The notes: generated by a model not told the origin, from the letters alone. A stretch of 64,000 nt of DNA from Clostridia bacterium (GCA_017439965.1 JAFSID010000079.1:2035-66034), one strand, 5' to 3'; positions 17,683 through 27,678 are shown, counted from the stretch's first letter. Made by a program: numbers and translations.

Positions 17683-19050
17683 ATGAAAAGAAGCACAAAG
17701 CATTCACTCATTATGAGCGCACTTTCCCTTCTTCTCTGTGCATCGATGCTTATCGGCACTACGTTTGCGTGGTTTACCGACAGCGTTACAAGCACGGGAA
17801 ACATCATCAAGTCGGGTACTCTTGACGTATCGCTCGAATATATCGAGGATGCAAAGACCGACCCGCAGACCGCGGCAGATACCGCATGGAAGGATGCATC
17901 CGAGGGTGCAATCTTCAATTATTCAAACTGGGAGCCCGGCTTTGTCCAGACTCGTCACATCAAGATTGAAAACGAGGGTACCCTCGCTCTCAAGTACAAG
18001 GTTAACGTTATTCCTACCGGTGAGACCGAGCAGGACGGCGTAAGACTTTCCGACGTTATCGACGTTTATTACCTCGATCCCGGTAAGGCTATAAACGAGC
18101 GTACCGACCTTGATACTCTCACTCCCGCAGGAACTCTTACCCAGATGCTTGCAGGTCTTGGTACCTCGGGCACGGGAACTCTTAAGGAGGGCGAAAAGGT
18201 TGTTCTTACTATCGCACTTAAGATGCAGGAGAGCGCAGGCAACGAGTATCAGAACAAGAAGCTCGGCGACGAATTTGCAGTTCAGCTTCTCGCAACTCAG
18301 GTTGAGCACGAGGACGACAGCTTCGACGATACGTATGACAAGGATTCCGAATACGGTGCTGTCGAGTATAATTCAAAGCCTTGGTATGATGTTGGTACAG
18401 TGACTGATGACGTTCTCATTACCTCGGGCACGGTTGAGGAGTATGCTGAGATAAATCACGCAAAAGGTGACCTCACCATAAAGAATGTGACCTTTAAGAA
18501 CGGTCTCACCATTTATAAGAACAACACCGACACAAACGGCACCGTAATTCTTGAAAATTGTACTATTATGCTTAACGACGGTACGGGAGATCCAGAATTC
18601 CCCGGTCGTACTCAGCATAAAGCAGGCTATGGCTTGAATCTCAACCTTGTAAACGGCTCAAAGCTTGACCTTGTATTCAAGAAGTGTACCTTTACCGCAC
18701 CTGACGGTTACACCTACACGGGTTCAAACAGCTATAACGTTTACATCGGAGGCGGATATAGTGCAAACAGCATAAGCTTCGAGGGCTGTAACTTTGAAGG
18801 TTCGGGCAAGCACGGTATAGGTTGTTCCTCGGAGGGAGCAAGCGCTTATTACACTCTCAGTGTAAAGGGCTGTAACTTTAAGGATTGGAACAACGATCCC
18901 ACAATCACAAATGGTGCGGCTATCCGAGGAAATCTTCCCGCTTCAGACTTTAATGCAGATATTACCATCAGCGGAAACACCTTCGGTAACAGCAACGGAA
19001 GTACCCAGACGACCGTCGCAATTGATAGCTGGACGGGTGAATGGAACTAA
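17683..19050 (+). CDS. secreted TasA/camelysin-like (peptidase M73 fold) protein fused to a beta-helix-like C-terminal domain
   Basis: Preferred start is ATG 17683, 7 nt after AGGAG 17671-17675 (the track ORF starts at 17620). The signal region KRSTKHSLIMSALSLLLCASMLIGTTFAWFTDSVTSTGNIIKSGTLDV matches the SipW-cognate TasA/CalY signature (AxFxD...GTLD). Later motifs NWEPGF...IENEGTLALKY and NKKLGDEFAVQLLATQ parallel TasA. The C-terminal half has repeated TIKNVTF/LENCTI/FKKCTF/FEGCNF/VKGCNF/ISGNTF segments. Confidence 0.7.
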   Translation: MKRSTKHSLIMSALSLLLCASMLIGTTFAWFTDSVTSTGNIIKSGTLDVSLEYIEDAKTDPQTAADTAWKDASEGAIFNYSNWEPGFVQTRHIKIENEGTLALKYKVNVIPTGETEQDGVRLSDVIDVYYLDPGKAINERTDLDTLTPAGTLTQMLAGLGTSGTGTLKEGEKVVLTIALKMQESAGNEYQNKKLGDEFAVQLLATQVEHEDDSFDDTYDKDSEYGAVEYNSKPWYDVGTVTDDVLITSGTVEEYAEINHAKGDLTIKNVTFKNGLTIYKNNTDTNGTVILENCTIMLNDGTGDPEFPGRTQHKAGYGLNLNLVNGSKLDLVFKKCTFTAPDGYTYTGSNSYNVYIGGGYSANSISFEGCNFEGSGKHGIGCSSEGASAYYTLSVKGCNFKDWNNDPTITNGAAIRGNLPASDFNADITISGNTFGNSNGSTQTTVAIDSWTGEWN

Positions 19051-19102
19051 TACGGAAGCTGTGAAATGCATAAAGCCCCGTACTATCAATAATATTTGAA
19101 AG

Positions 19103-19145
19103 AAACGGTTGTAAAAGCCTTTGTGCTTTTATAGCCGTTTTTTAG
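19103..19145 (+). terminator. intrinsic terminator
   Basis: 15-bp stem including two G-U pairs, AACGGTTGTAAAAGC / GCTTTTATAGCCGTT (19104-19139), followed by a T-run. Confidence 0.75.
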
Positions 19146-19183
19146 CTTCAAATCAATGTTTTTTCAAAAATCGACAAAATATA

Positions 19184-19212
19184 TTGACAATGCATTAATT
19201 ATTTGTTAATAT
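19184..19212 (+). promoter_or_regulatory. sigma-A promoter preceding the lysine riboswitch
   Basis: TTGACA (19184-19189), 17 nt, TAATAT (19207-19212). Confidence 0.6.
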
Positions 19213-19237
19213 ATAGGTAATCAGATACCGCAAGGTA

Positions 19238-19470
19238 TTGGGTTGATAGAGGCGCAGAAGACAAGAGTATCAGCTTTTATACGCAAAGGAGCTTTGGCTG
19301 AGAAAGGGGATTCTGCCGAAATTCCGTCGGTGTCCTTTAACCGCTCGGAGTTGGTTTGCCGTAAAATATACGGCAGACTGTCACAATTATTTGTGGAGTG
19401 CTATCATTCGGATGCGAAAAGAATTTTTGTGTCGTGAGTGTTAGCCACCACGACACATTTTATTTTTTAA
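19238..19470 (+). promoter_or_regulatory. lysine riboswitch (L-box) with expression-platform terminator
   Basis: The conserved L-box blocks appear in canonical order: AGAGGCGC (19248-19255), GAGAAAGGGGA..TGCCGAA, GTCGGTG, CGGAGTTGG, GACTGTCAC and TGTGGAGTGCTATC. They are followed by GTGTCGTG-12 nt-CACGACAC (19429-19456) plus a T-run, then AAGGAG and the ATG at 19484. The 64-aa track ORF 19243-19437 is this RNA. Confidence 0.85.
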
Positions 19471-19483
19471 GGAGAAACAGACT

Positions 19484-21145
19484 ATGTCAAAAACCAGCAA
19501 AATCGTTCTTGCAATAGCGGCAGTAGTCATCGTGGCTCTTCTCGTTGTAGCATGCGTTACCGAGGGAGCTATGGGCACGGTTGACTGTCCCGACTGTACC
19601 GCTGAGACTGCTGCAGAGTGTGAAACCTGTGGCGGAGAGGGTGCCGTAAGAGGTACCTGGTGGGCTCTTATCCCTCCGTTTATCGCAATTGCTCTCGCGC
19701 TTATCACTAAAGAGGCTTACAGCTCTCTGTTTATCGGTATCGTTGTCGGCGGTATTCTTTCCGCAAACTTCTCGTTTGCAGGTGCGGTAGACAGCATCAT
19801 CAATACGGGTCTTATCGACGCAGTATCGGGCACCGCAGGTATCTTCGTATTCCTCGTTGAGCTCGGTATCATCGTTGCCCTCGTTAACAAGTCGGGTGGC
19901 TCTCAGGCATTCGGCAACTGGGCAAGGGCTCACGTTAAGGGTAGAGTCGGCGCGCAGATTGCCACCTTCATCCTCGGCATACTTATCTTTATCGACGACT
20001 ATTTCAACTGTCTTACCGTTGGCTCGGTTATGCGTCCCGTAACCGATAAGGCTAAAATATCCCGCGCAAAGCTCGCATACCTTATCGACGCTACCGCAGC
20101 ACCTATCTGTATGATTGCTCCCATCTCCTCCTGGGCTGCCGCAGTTTCCAGCTATGCACCCGAGGGAGTAAGCGGAATCAAAATGTTTATTCAGGCAATT
20201 CCCTACAACTTCTATTCACTTCTTACCTTCGTATTCGTAATCGGTCTTACCGTTATGAAGTTCGACTTCGGTCCTATGAAGAAGGCTGAGCTTGCGGCTC
20301 TTAAGGCTGATATCGAGGCAGGCGCTGAGGGTGACTCCAAGAGCAACGGAAGTCTTTGGGATCTCGTATTCCCCATAATCATTCTTATCGTTGCATCCGT
20401 TATCGGTCTTCTCTACGTCGGTGGCTTCTTCGGTGTTGATATCTGGGGCGGTACCGAGTGTGCAGGAAGCATCGTTGACGCTTTCGGTAATACCGACGCA
20501 ACCGTTGGTCTTCCCTGGGGCGGTCTTATCTCTCTCGTGCTTATCATCGCTTACCTTCTCGTTCGCCGTGTTATCAACTTCAAGACCGCTATGGAATGTG
20601 TTCCTCAGGGCTTTATCGCGATGGTTCCCGCAATCCTCATCCTTACCTTCGCAACCGCTCTTAAGAATATGACGGGCGTTCTCGGTACCAAGTACTTCGT
20701 AGGTGATCTTATGATGGGCTCTGCCGAGGCTCTCAATATGTTCCTCCCCGCAGTTATCTTCATCGTTGCTTGTATTCTCGCATTTGCAACGGGTACCTCT
20801 TGGGGAACCTTCGGTATCCTTATCCCCATCGTTCTTGCAATCTTCCCCGCAGGAAGCGTTCTCGGTACTATCGGTATGTCCGCTTGTCTTGCAGGTGCTG
20901 TTTGCGGTGACCATTGCTCACCCATTTCGGATACCACCATTATGTCCAGCGCAGGTGCAGAGTGCAACCACGTTGAGCACGTTAACACTCAGCTTCCCTA
21001 CGCAATTACCGTTGCCGCAATCTCCTTCGTGTGCTACATCCTCGCAGGCTTCATACAGAATCCTTGGATCATGCTCGCAATCGGTGCGGTTCTTACCATT
21101 GGCACTCTCTTCGTTATGAAGAGCGTATCCAATAAGAAGGCGTAA
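19484..21145 (+). CDS. Na+/H+ antiporter NhaC-family transporter (probable lysine-related transporter) with N-terminal Cys-rich extension
   Basis: 553-aa polytopic protein. WWALIPPFIAIALALITKEAYSSLFIGIVVGG is typical of the NhaC-family N-terminus. Preceded by an L-box. Confidence 0.8.
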   Translation: MSKTSKIVLAIAAVVIVALLVVACVTEGAMGTVDCPDCTAETAAECETCGGEGAVRGTWWALIPPFIAIALALITKEAYSSLFIGIVVGGILSANFSFAGAVDSIINTGLIDAVSGTAGIFVFLVELGIIVALVNKSGGSQAFGNWARAHVKGRVGAQIATFILGILIFIDDYFNCLTVGSVMRPVTDKAKISRAKLAYLIDATAAPICMIAPISSWAAAVSSYAPEGVSGIKMFIQAIPYNFYSLLTFVFVIGLTVMKFDFGPMKKAELAALKADIEAGAEGDSKSNGSLWDLVFPIIILIVASVIGLLYVGGFFGVDIWGGTECAGSIVDAFGNTDATVGLPWGGLISLVLIIAYLLVRRVINFKTAMECVPQGFIAMVPAILILTFATALKNMTGVLGTKYFVGDLMMGSAEALNMFLPAVIFIVACILAFATGTSWGTFGILIPIVLAIFPAGSVLGTIGMSACLAGAVCGDHCSPISDTTIMSSAGAECNHVEHVNTQLPYAITVAAISFVCYILAGFIQNPWIMLAIGAVLTIGTLFVMKSVSNKKA

Positions 21146-21162
21146 GCTTTTTGCAAAAAATC

Positions 21163-21193
21163 TCCCGTGCTTGAAAAAGCACGGGATTTTTTT
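21163..21193 (+). terminator. intrinsic terminator
   Basis: TCCCGTGCTT-gaaa-AAGCACGGGA followed by TTTTTTT. Confidence 0.85.
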
Positions 21194-21287
21194 ATGCGAA
21201 AAACTTGCTTTTTTTAAAAAAGAGAGTATAATAATAAAGATATAATGCCGATATTATTATTTTCGGCAAAAAGGAGGGATAAGGAAA

Positions 21288-22814
21288 ATGGTAACAAGAG
21301 TTTCAACCATGGCACTTTACGGGCTTGACGGCTTTGAGGTAACGGTTGAATGTAACTCGGAGCAGGGAATACCCGAAATAACCGTTATAGGTCTGCCCGA
21401 TGCCTCCGTCAAGGAGTCTGTTGACCGTATCAGGTCTGCGGCGGAGAATAACAAGCTTAAGGTATTCAGAAACCGTATTACCGTAAATTTAGCACCTGCC
21501 GACAAAAAGAAAACGGGTGCGTATTTTGACCTGCCTATCCTTCTTTCAATGCTCAAGCATCAGGACTCTCTCAAGGAGCTTGATACAGACGACGCTTGCT
21601 TTATCGGAGAGCTTTCCTTGACGGGTGAGCTTCGCTCGATTGAGGGCGCGCTTGCAATGTGTCTCACTGCAAAGAGGGTAGGCAAGAAGCGTATTTTCTT
21701 ACCCCTTCAAAACGTAGGAGAGGCGTCGGTCGTCGAGGGAATTGAGATTTACGGAATGCGAAGCCTTGGTGAGCTTTTAAAGCACCTCAAGGGAGAGGAG
21801 ATAAAGCTCCCCACATCATCCGAGAAAGTTTCGCCCGACTCAATTCATCCCGAGGTGGATTTTGCCGACATAAAGGGTCAGGAGATGGCAAAAAGAGCCC
21901 TTGAAATAGCGGCTGTCGGCTCTCATAACGTTTTGCTTATAGGTCCTCCGGGCGCGGGAAAGAGTATGCTTTCAAAGGCTCTTGCAGGAATACTTCCCGA
22001 TATGACTCTTGAGGAAATGATAGAGACCACGAACATACATTCTATAAGCGGAATGCTTCCCGAGGGCAAGAATCTTATAACGGGACGGCCCGTCCGAAGC
22101 CCTCATCACACCGTGTCGAATATCGGTATGATAGGCGGAGGTGTGACTCCTCATCCGGGTGAGGTCACCCTTGCGCATAACGGCGTTTTATTCCTTGACG
22201 AATTTCCCGAATTTGACAAAAAGACGCTTGAGGTACTCCGTCAGCCCGTTGAGGACGGACGGATAACCGTTACGAGAACGGGCTACAAGCTTACCTATCC
22301 CAGCCGTTTTATGCTGGTGGCGGCAATGAATCCCTGCCCCTGCGGATATTTCGGCTCAACTCAAAGGCTGTGCACCTGCACCGAGGGTCAGGTCCACCGC
22401 TACGTTTCAAAAATATCGGGACCTCTGCTTGACAGAATAGATATACAGATCGAGGTCCCCGCAATAAGCTACGACGAGATGTCAAATCCCGAAAGGGCGG
22501 AAAGCTCGGCAGAGGTCAAGGCGCGTGTCAACGAGGCTCGCGCATTCCGCCGTCAGCGTATTGAGAAGCTTGGCATCCCGTACGGCTCGGCTGATGCCGA
22601 CAAAAAAGAAAACTGCGCCTTATCACCCGAGGCTGAGGAGGTCTTGAAAAGAGCCTTCGAGACTCTCTCACTTTCGGCAAGAGGCTTTATGAGAACGGTT
22701 TCGGTTGCAAGAACCATTGCCGACCTTGACAAAAGCGAAAGCGTTATGCCCGTACACGTATACGAGGCTATCAGACTTCGACAGCTTGATAGAAAATATT
22801 TTTCAAACACCTGA
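21288..22814 (+). CDS. comM: Mg-chelatase-like AAA+ protein YifB/ComM
   Basis: 508 aa. Motifs FADIKGQEMAKRALEIAAVGSHNVLLIGPPGAGKSML, GVLFLDEFPEF and LLDRIDIQIEV. Strong RBS AAGGAGGG. Confidence 0.9.
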   Translation: MVTRVSTMALYGLDGFEVTVECNSEQGIPEITVIGLPDASVKESVDRIRSAAENNKLKVFRNRITVNLAPADKKKTGAYFDLPILLSMLKHQDSLKELDTDDACFIGELSLTGELRSIEGALAMCLTAKRVGKKRIFLPLQNVGEASVVEGIEIYGMRSLGELLKHLKGEEIKLPTSSEKVSPDSIHPEVDFADIKGQEMAKRALEIAAVGSHNVLLIGPPGAGKSMLSKALAGILPDMTLEEMIETTNIHSISGMLPEGKNLITGRPVRSPHHTVSNIGMIGGGVTPHPGEVTLAHNGVLFLDEFPEFDKKTLEVLRQPVEDGRITVTRTGYKLTYPSRFMLVAAMNPCPCGYFGSTQRLCTCTEGQVHRYVSKISGPLLDRIDIQIEVPAISYDEMSNPERAESSAEVKARVNEARAFRRQRIEKLGIPYGSADADKKENCALSPEAEEVLKRAFETLSLSARGFMRTVSVARTIADLDKSESVMPVHVYEAIRLRQLDRKYFSNT

Positions 22815-22872
22815 AAAAATAAAGGGTTTTTGAAAGTTTCCGCGTATATTACTTATAGAAGGGAGGAATACT

Positions 22873-24636
22873 ATGGCATTACCGCAGGCTTTTTTGCAGG
22901 AGCTTAAGGCAAGGTGCAATATCGAGGATATCATCTCACAGCACGTTCAGCTCAAGCGCGCAGGCTCAAACCTCGTCGGCTGCTGTCCGTTTCACAGTGA
23001 GCGTACTCCTTCCTTTACGGTATTTACGGGGCGGGAGAACTTTTACTGCTTCGGCTGCGGTGCGGGCGGAGACGTTATAACCTTCGTAATGAAGATGCAG
23101 AACGTCGATTATATTACAGCCGTTACATATCTTGCGGACCGCGTAGGTCTCAAGGTGCCCGAGGACAATTTCTTCCGTCAGGAAAAGAAGGTTGACCGTA
23201 ACCGCTTTTTTGAAATGAATAAATGCGCCGCAAAATTTTTCCATAACGCGCTTATGGCACCCGAAAACCGAGAGGCTTACGAGTATATAACGGGCAGAGG
23301 GCTTACTCCTCTCACTCTACGTCGCTTCGGAATCGGATATGCGGACGATTCCCAGGACAGTCTCAAGGGATACCTTATGTCTCAGGGCTACTCCAAGGAG
23401 GAAATAAGGGAAGGCTTTCTCGCAGGCGTTTCGCAGAAAACGGGTAAGCTTTTCGATATGTTCCGAAACAGAATAATATTTCCGATATTCGACCTGTCGG
23501 GCAACGTGATTGCCTTCGGCGGACGAATAATAGGCAACGGTGAGCCAAAGTATCTCAACTCATCGGACACTCCCGTGTTCAAGAAGAGCCGTAATCTTTA
23601 CGCACTTGAGCGCGCAAAAAACAACCCCGAGTCAACCCTCATTCTCTGCGAGGGCTATATGGACGTCGTGGCACTGCATCAGGCGGGCTTTACGAATGCG
23701 GTGGCAACGCTTGGTACGGCGATAACCCCAGACCAGGCGCGTATAATGTCACGCTACGCTTCAACCGTATACATATCCTACGATTCGGATAACGCGGGAC
23801 AGAGAGCGGCAAAGAAGGCAATCGACCTTCTGACTCAGGTAGGTATAAACGTCAAGGTCATTCGCGTTGAGGACGCTAAGGACCCTGACGAGTATATAAA
23901 AAAATTCGGCAAGAGCTCCTTTGAGAAGCTTCTTGCAAAATCAAACGGTCACATTGATTATACTCTTTCAAATATCGAGGCAAAATATTCTATGGCAATT
24001 CCCGAGGAAAAGCTTCGCTACGTTCAGGAATGCTGTGATATGCTTGCGAAAATTTACAGCAGTGTTGAAAGAGAGATATATATTCAAAAGATATGTGAGA
24101 AGTCGGGCGTTGACCCGAGCGTTATAAGAAATGAGGTAGAGAAAAAACAAAAGAAAGCAAAGCACAGTGCGGAAAAGGAGCGTATCAAGACCGATATCCA
24201 GCGTGAGATCGGTTGGGGAGACAGAATAATGGCTGACTCCTCAAAAAATCTTGCTACCGCCAAAAAGGAGGAAAACCTTCTCGGAATACTCCTTATGCGT
24301 GCAGAATATCTGAAGGACGAAAGGCTTTCGGCTATTCTGTGCGAAAAAATCTTCCAATGCGAGTTTACTAAAAGGGTATACACAAGGCTTATTGAGACGG
24401 CTGACACCCTTCCGTTTGACCTGTCGCTTCTCGGCGAATACTTTGACCCCGATGAAATGGGGCGTATTATGAAATTCGTTATGAACAGAGAGCGACTTGA
24501 AAACAACTCAATCGAGGTGGCACTTGAGCTTGCAAGGGCGCTTGAGAAAATTGCCTCGGAGACGGTTGAGGATGGAGACGGAAGTGACGATTCCTTCCTG
24601 AAGAGCCTTGAAAAAATAAAGCAAAGTAAAAAATAG
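22873..24636 (+). CDS. dnaG: DNA primase
   Basis: 587 aa. Zinc ribbon [15 protein letters not shown]...[17 protein letters not shown]-polymerase core (RIIFPI, FGGR, KYLNS) and TOPRIM ([19 protein letters not shown]). Confidence 0.95.
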   Translation: MALPQAFLQELKARCNIEDIISQHVQLKRAGSNLVGCCPFHSERTPSFTVFTGRENFYCFGCGAGGDVITFVMKMQNVDYITAVTYLADRVGLKVPEDNFFRQEKKVDRNRFFEMNKCAAKFFHNALMAPENREAYEYITGRGLTPLTLRRFGIGYADDSQDSLKGYLMSQGYSKEEIREGFLAGVSQKTGKLFDMFRNRIIFPIFDLSGNVIAFGGRIIGNGEPKYLNSSDTPVFKKSRNLYALERAKNNPESTLILCEGYMDVVALHQAGFTNAVATLGTAITPDQARIMSRYASTVYISYDSDNAGQRAAKKAIDLLTQVGINVKVIRVEDAKDPDEYIKKFGKSSFEKLLAKSNGHIDYTLSNIEAKYSMAIPEEKLRYVQECCDMLAKIYSSVEREIYIQKICEKSGVDPSVIRNEVEKKQKKAKHSAEKERIKTDIQREIGWGDRIMADSSKNLATAKKEENLLGILLMRAEYLKDERLSAILCEKIFQCEFTKRVYTRLIETADTLPFDLSLLGEYFDPDEMGRIMKFVMNRERLENNSIEVALELARALEKIASETVEDGDGSDDSFLKSLEKIKQSKK

Positions 24637-24683
24637 ACCCTATATCACGGCAAAATAAAGTTGAAACTGAAAGGAAAGATGTT

Positions 24684-25811
24684 ATGGCACAGGATAAGAA
24701 AAACAGCCCATCCACCTCGGAAAAAGACAACGTTAATGAATTGGCCGAAAAACTCAAAAAGAAGGGTACAGTTACAAGCGACGAGCTTCTTGACGTAATT
24801 GAGTCAACGGGCTTGTCGGATGAAGAAACCGAAAGACTTTACGCAAGACTTGATGCACTCGGAGTCGAGGTGACCATCGTTGCCGACCTTATCGACGATA
24901 TGCCCGACCCCGACGAGCTTGAGGAGGAGATTGCAACCTACGATACTCCCGAGGAGATGGAGAGTCTTCTGACGGGAGAGGGACTTCCCATTGAGGACCA
25001 CGTTAAGATGTACCTCAAGGATATAGGACGCGTTAAGCTTCTTTCAAGCGATGAGGAGGTAGAGATTGCCAAGAGGATTGCCGAGGGGGATACCGAGGCA
25101 AGAAATCTTCTCGTTGAGGCAAATCTGCGACTCGTCGTAAGCATCGCCAAAAGATATATAGGACGCGGTATGGGCTTTCTTGATTTGATTCAGGAGGGCA
25201 ACGCAGGTCTTATAAAGGCGGTGGAAAAATTCGATTATACCAAGGGATATAAGTTTTCAACCTATGCGACCTGGTGGATAAGACAGGCTATAACCCGTGC
25301 TCTTGCCGACCAGTCGCGTACCATAAGAATACCCGTACATATGGTTGAGACAATGCACTAGATACAGAGATTTTCACGACAGATACTTCAGGAAAAGGGA
25401 CACGATGCCTCTCCCGAGGAAATAGCCGAGCTTTCGGGTATGCCTCTTGACAAGGTGCGTGAAATACTCCAGATGGCTCAGGAGCCCATTTCCATCGACA
25501 GCCCCGTGGGTGAGGACGATGAGAGCAGTATCGGTGAGTTTATCGCCGACGAGGCTTCTCCCGAGCCTGACGAGATAGTCGGTGAGACAATGCTCCACGA
25601 GCAGCTCTGTGAGGTCTTAAAAACACTCACTCCGCGTGAGGAAAGCGTAATTAAAATGCGATTCGGACTTGACGACGGCGTTCAGAGGACTCTTGAGGAG
25701 GTTGGACGTGAGTTCAATATTACCCGTGAGAGAATCCGTCAGATAGAGGCAAAGGCTCTCCGCAAGCTCCGTCATCCGACGCGCATTTCAAAATTTAAAG
25801 GATTCAGATAA
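24684..25811 (+). pseudogene. sigma-70 (RpoD/SigA-like) paralog interrupted by one in-frame TAG at 25359-25361
   Basis: Track ORFs 24684-25361 and 25440-25811 are in the same frame (offset 756 nt). The sequence between them also translates cleanly (IQRFSRQILQEKGHDASPEEIAELSG). TAG replaces the Lys codon seen in the downstream paralog ([10 protein letters not shown] versus VETMH*IQRF). Regions 1.2-4.2 are otherwise intact. Confidence 0.8.
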
Positions 25812-25841
25812 AAGACAAGGACATCGAGAAAGGCAAAGGCT

Positions 25842-26975
25842 ATGGCAAACACTAACGAAGAAATGAAACAGGACGCACTTTTTTCAAAGCCCGAGATAGT
25901 TGAGCTTTTGAAAAAAGTAAAACAGAAAAGCTCACTCAATTCTGATGAGATATCCGAGCTGATATTATCACTTGACGTTGAGCTTGACGCCGACCAGTAC
26001 GAAAAGCTTTACGATAAGCTTGAGGCGATAGGCGTCGGTCTGGCGGGTAATTTCGCTGACAACGACGAAATGAGCGAGATTGAGGCAGAGGTGGAAAGCT
26101 TCGGCACTCCCGAGGAAATGGAAAACGCTCTTGCAATAGAGGGTCTTGCCATTGAGGACCACGTGAGAATGTACCTCAAGGAGATTGGTAAGGTACCCCT
26201 TCTTACCGCCGAGAGAGAGGCGGAGCTTGCTCAGAGAATAAGAGAGGGCGACGATTATGCGAAGCAGCAGCTCGTCGAGGCAAACCTCAGACTCGTTGTA
26301 AGCATTGCGAAAAGATATATGGGACGAGGACTTTTCTTCCTCGACCTCATTCAAGAGGGTAACCTCGGTCTTATGAAGGCGGCAGATAAGTTCGACTTCG
26401 AAAAGGGCTATAAATTTTCAACCTACGCAACCTGGTGGATAAGGCAGGCGGTAACCCGTGCAATTGCCGACCAGGCGCGTACCATAAGAATCCCCGTTCA
26501 TATGGTGGAGACCATACACAAGGTGCAGAGAGTATCCCGACAGATACTTCAGGAGAGAGGACACGATGCCTCGGCTGAGGAAATTGCCGAGATGATAAAT
26601 ATGCCTATTGATAAGGTGCGTGACATTCTCAAGGCTGCTCAGGAGCCCGTATCACTTGAAACTCCCATAGGTGAGGAGGAGGACAGCCACCTCGGAGACT
26701 TCATTCCCGACGACGAAGCGCCCGCTCCTGCGGATGCCGCAAGCTATACTCTTCTCCGTGAACAGCTTGCCGAGGTGCTTCACACTCTCACTCCGCGTGA
26801 GGAGAGCGTATTGAAGCTCCGCTTTGGACTTGAGGACGGACAGATGAGGACTCTTGAGGAGGTAGGCAAGGAATTTAATATTACTCGAGAAAGGATTAGA
26901 CAGATAGAGGCAAAGGCTCTCCGCAAGCTTCGTCATCCCAGCCGCTCAAAGAAGCTTCGTGACTATCTGGATTGA
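25842..26975 (+). CDS. rpoD: RNA polymerase primary-type sigma-70 factor
   Basis: 377 aa. Region 2 is [35 protein letters not shown]. Region 3 is present. Region 4.2 is [29 protein letters not shown]. Confidence 0.9.
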   Translation: MANTNEEMKQDALFSKPEIVELLKKVKQKSSLNSDEISELILSLDVELDADQYEKLYDKLEAIGVGLAGNFADNDEMSEIEAEVESFGTPEEMENALAIEGLAIEDHVRMYLKEIGKVPLLTAEREAELAQRIREGDDYAKQQLVEANLRLVVSIAKRYMGRGLFFLDLIQEGNLGLMKAADKFDFEKGYKFSTYATWWIRQAVTRAIADQARTIRIPVHMVETIHKVQRVSRQILQERGHDASAEEIAEMINMPIDKVRDILKAAQEPVSLETPIGEEEDSHLGDFIPDDEAPAPADAASYTLLREQLAEVLHTLTPREESVLKLRFGLEDGQMRTLEEVGKEFNITRERIRQIEAKALRKLRHPSRSKKLRDYLD

Positions 26976-26979
26976 TAAT

Positions 26980-27678
26980 ATGGCAACAGTTGTAGTGCTC
27001 TGCGCAATGGACCGTGAGCTGAAAAAATTTATAGATACCTATTACGCTATTCGCGTTAATCCCGAAGAAAAGGTATACCACACGGAAATCGGCGGACATA
27101 ACGTTATTTCCGCGGTCTGCGGAATAGGCAAGGTCAATTCCGCAATGACCACTCAGAAGCTTATTGATAGGTTTTCGCCCGACTACGTTATAAACTGCGG
27201 AATTGCAGGCGGTCTTGATAAGAGTCTTTCGGTGCTTGATACGGTTATCGTTGAGAGCGCACAGTATCACGACTTCCATCCGCTCTCGCTTCTTGAGGAG
27301 GATGAGAGACTCAGAACGTCCGTCTTTAAGTGCGACGGGAAGCTCGTCTCTCTTGCGCTTGAGGTTTGTGAAGGGCTCAAGAAGGATGGACGTCTTGGCA
27401 ATTACATAAAGGGCAAGGTCGCAAGCGGTGACTGCTTCGTCGAGAGTGACGAGGTCAGCCGTCGTTTAAGAGACGAGCTCGGTGCCTCCTGCGTTGAAAT
27501 GGAGGGAGCGTCGATAGCTCAGGTCTGTCTTGTGAACGGGATACCCTTCCTCATTATCCGCTCCATTTCAGACTTTGCGGATAACTCTGCCGAGATGAGC
27601 TACGATACCTTTGCTGACCGCGCTTCGTATCAGTCAGTTGAGGTGCTTGGAGCATTAATTGAGAAAATATCCCGTTAA
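26980..27678 (+). CDS. mtnN: 5'-methylthioadenosine/S-adenosylhomocysteine nucleosidase
   Basis: Preferred start is ATG 26980 (MATVVVLCAMDREL...), just after the rpoD stop. Motifs GIGKVNSAMTTQKLI, VEMEGASIAQV and IRSISDFAD. Confidence 0.85.
   Translation: MATVVVLCAMDRELKKFIDTYYAIRVNPEEKVYHTEIGGHNVISAVCGIGKVNSAMTTQKLIDRFSPDYVINCGIAGGLDKSLSVLDTVIVESAQYHDFHPLSLLEEDERLRTSVFKCDGKLVSLALEVCEGLKKDGRLGNYIKGKVASGDCFVESDEVSRRLRDELGASCVEMEGASIAQVCLVNGIPFLIIRSISDFADNSAEMSYDTFADRASYQSVEVLGALIEKISR

Noticed and set aside
19243-19437. 64-aa ORF in the track (MIEAQKTRVSAFIRKG...)
   Set aside because: It coincides exactly with the lysine riboswitch aptamer. It has no RBS, and the RNA motif blocks explain the sequence.
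25359-25361. The in-frame TAG in the first sigma gene interpreted as pyrrolysine or genome-wide stop reassignment
   Set aside because: TAG is used as an ordinary stop in this window (dnaG at 24634-24636 and the NHL-Yip1 gene at 56046-56048). No pyl genes or PYLIS-like context are visible. A nonsense mutation or a sequencing error is the simpler reading.
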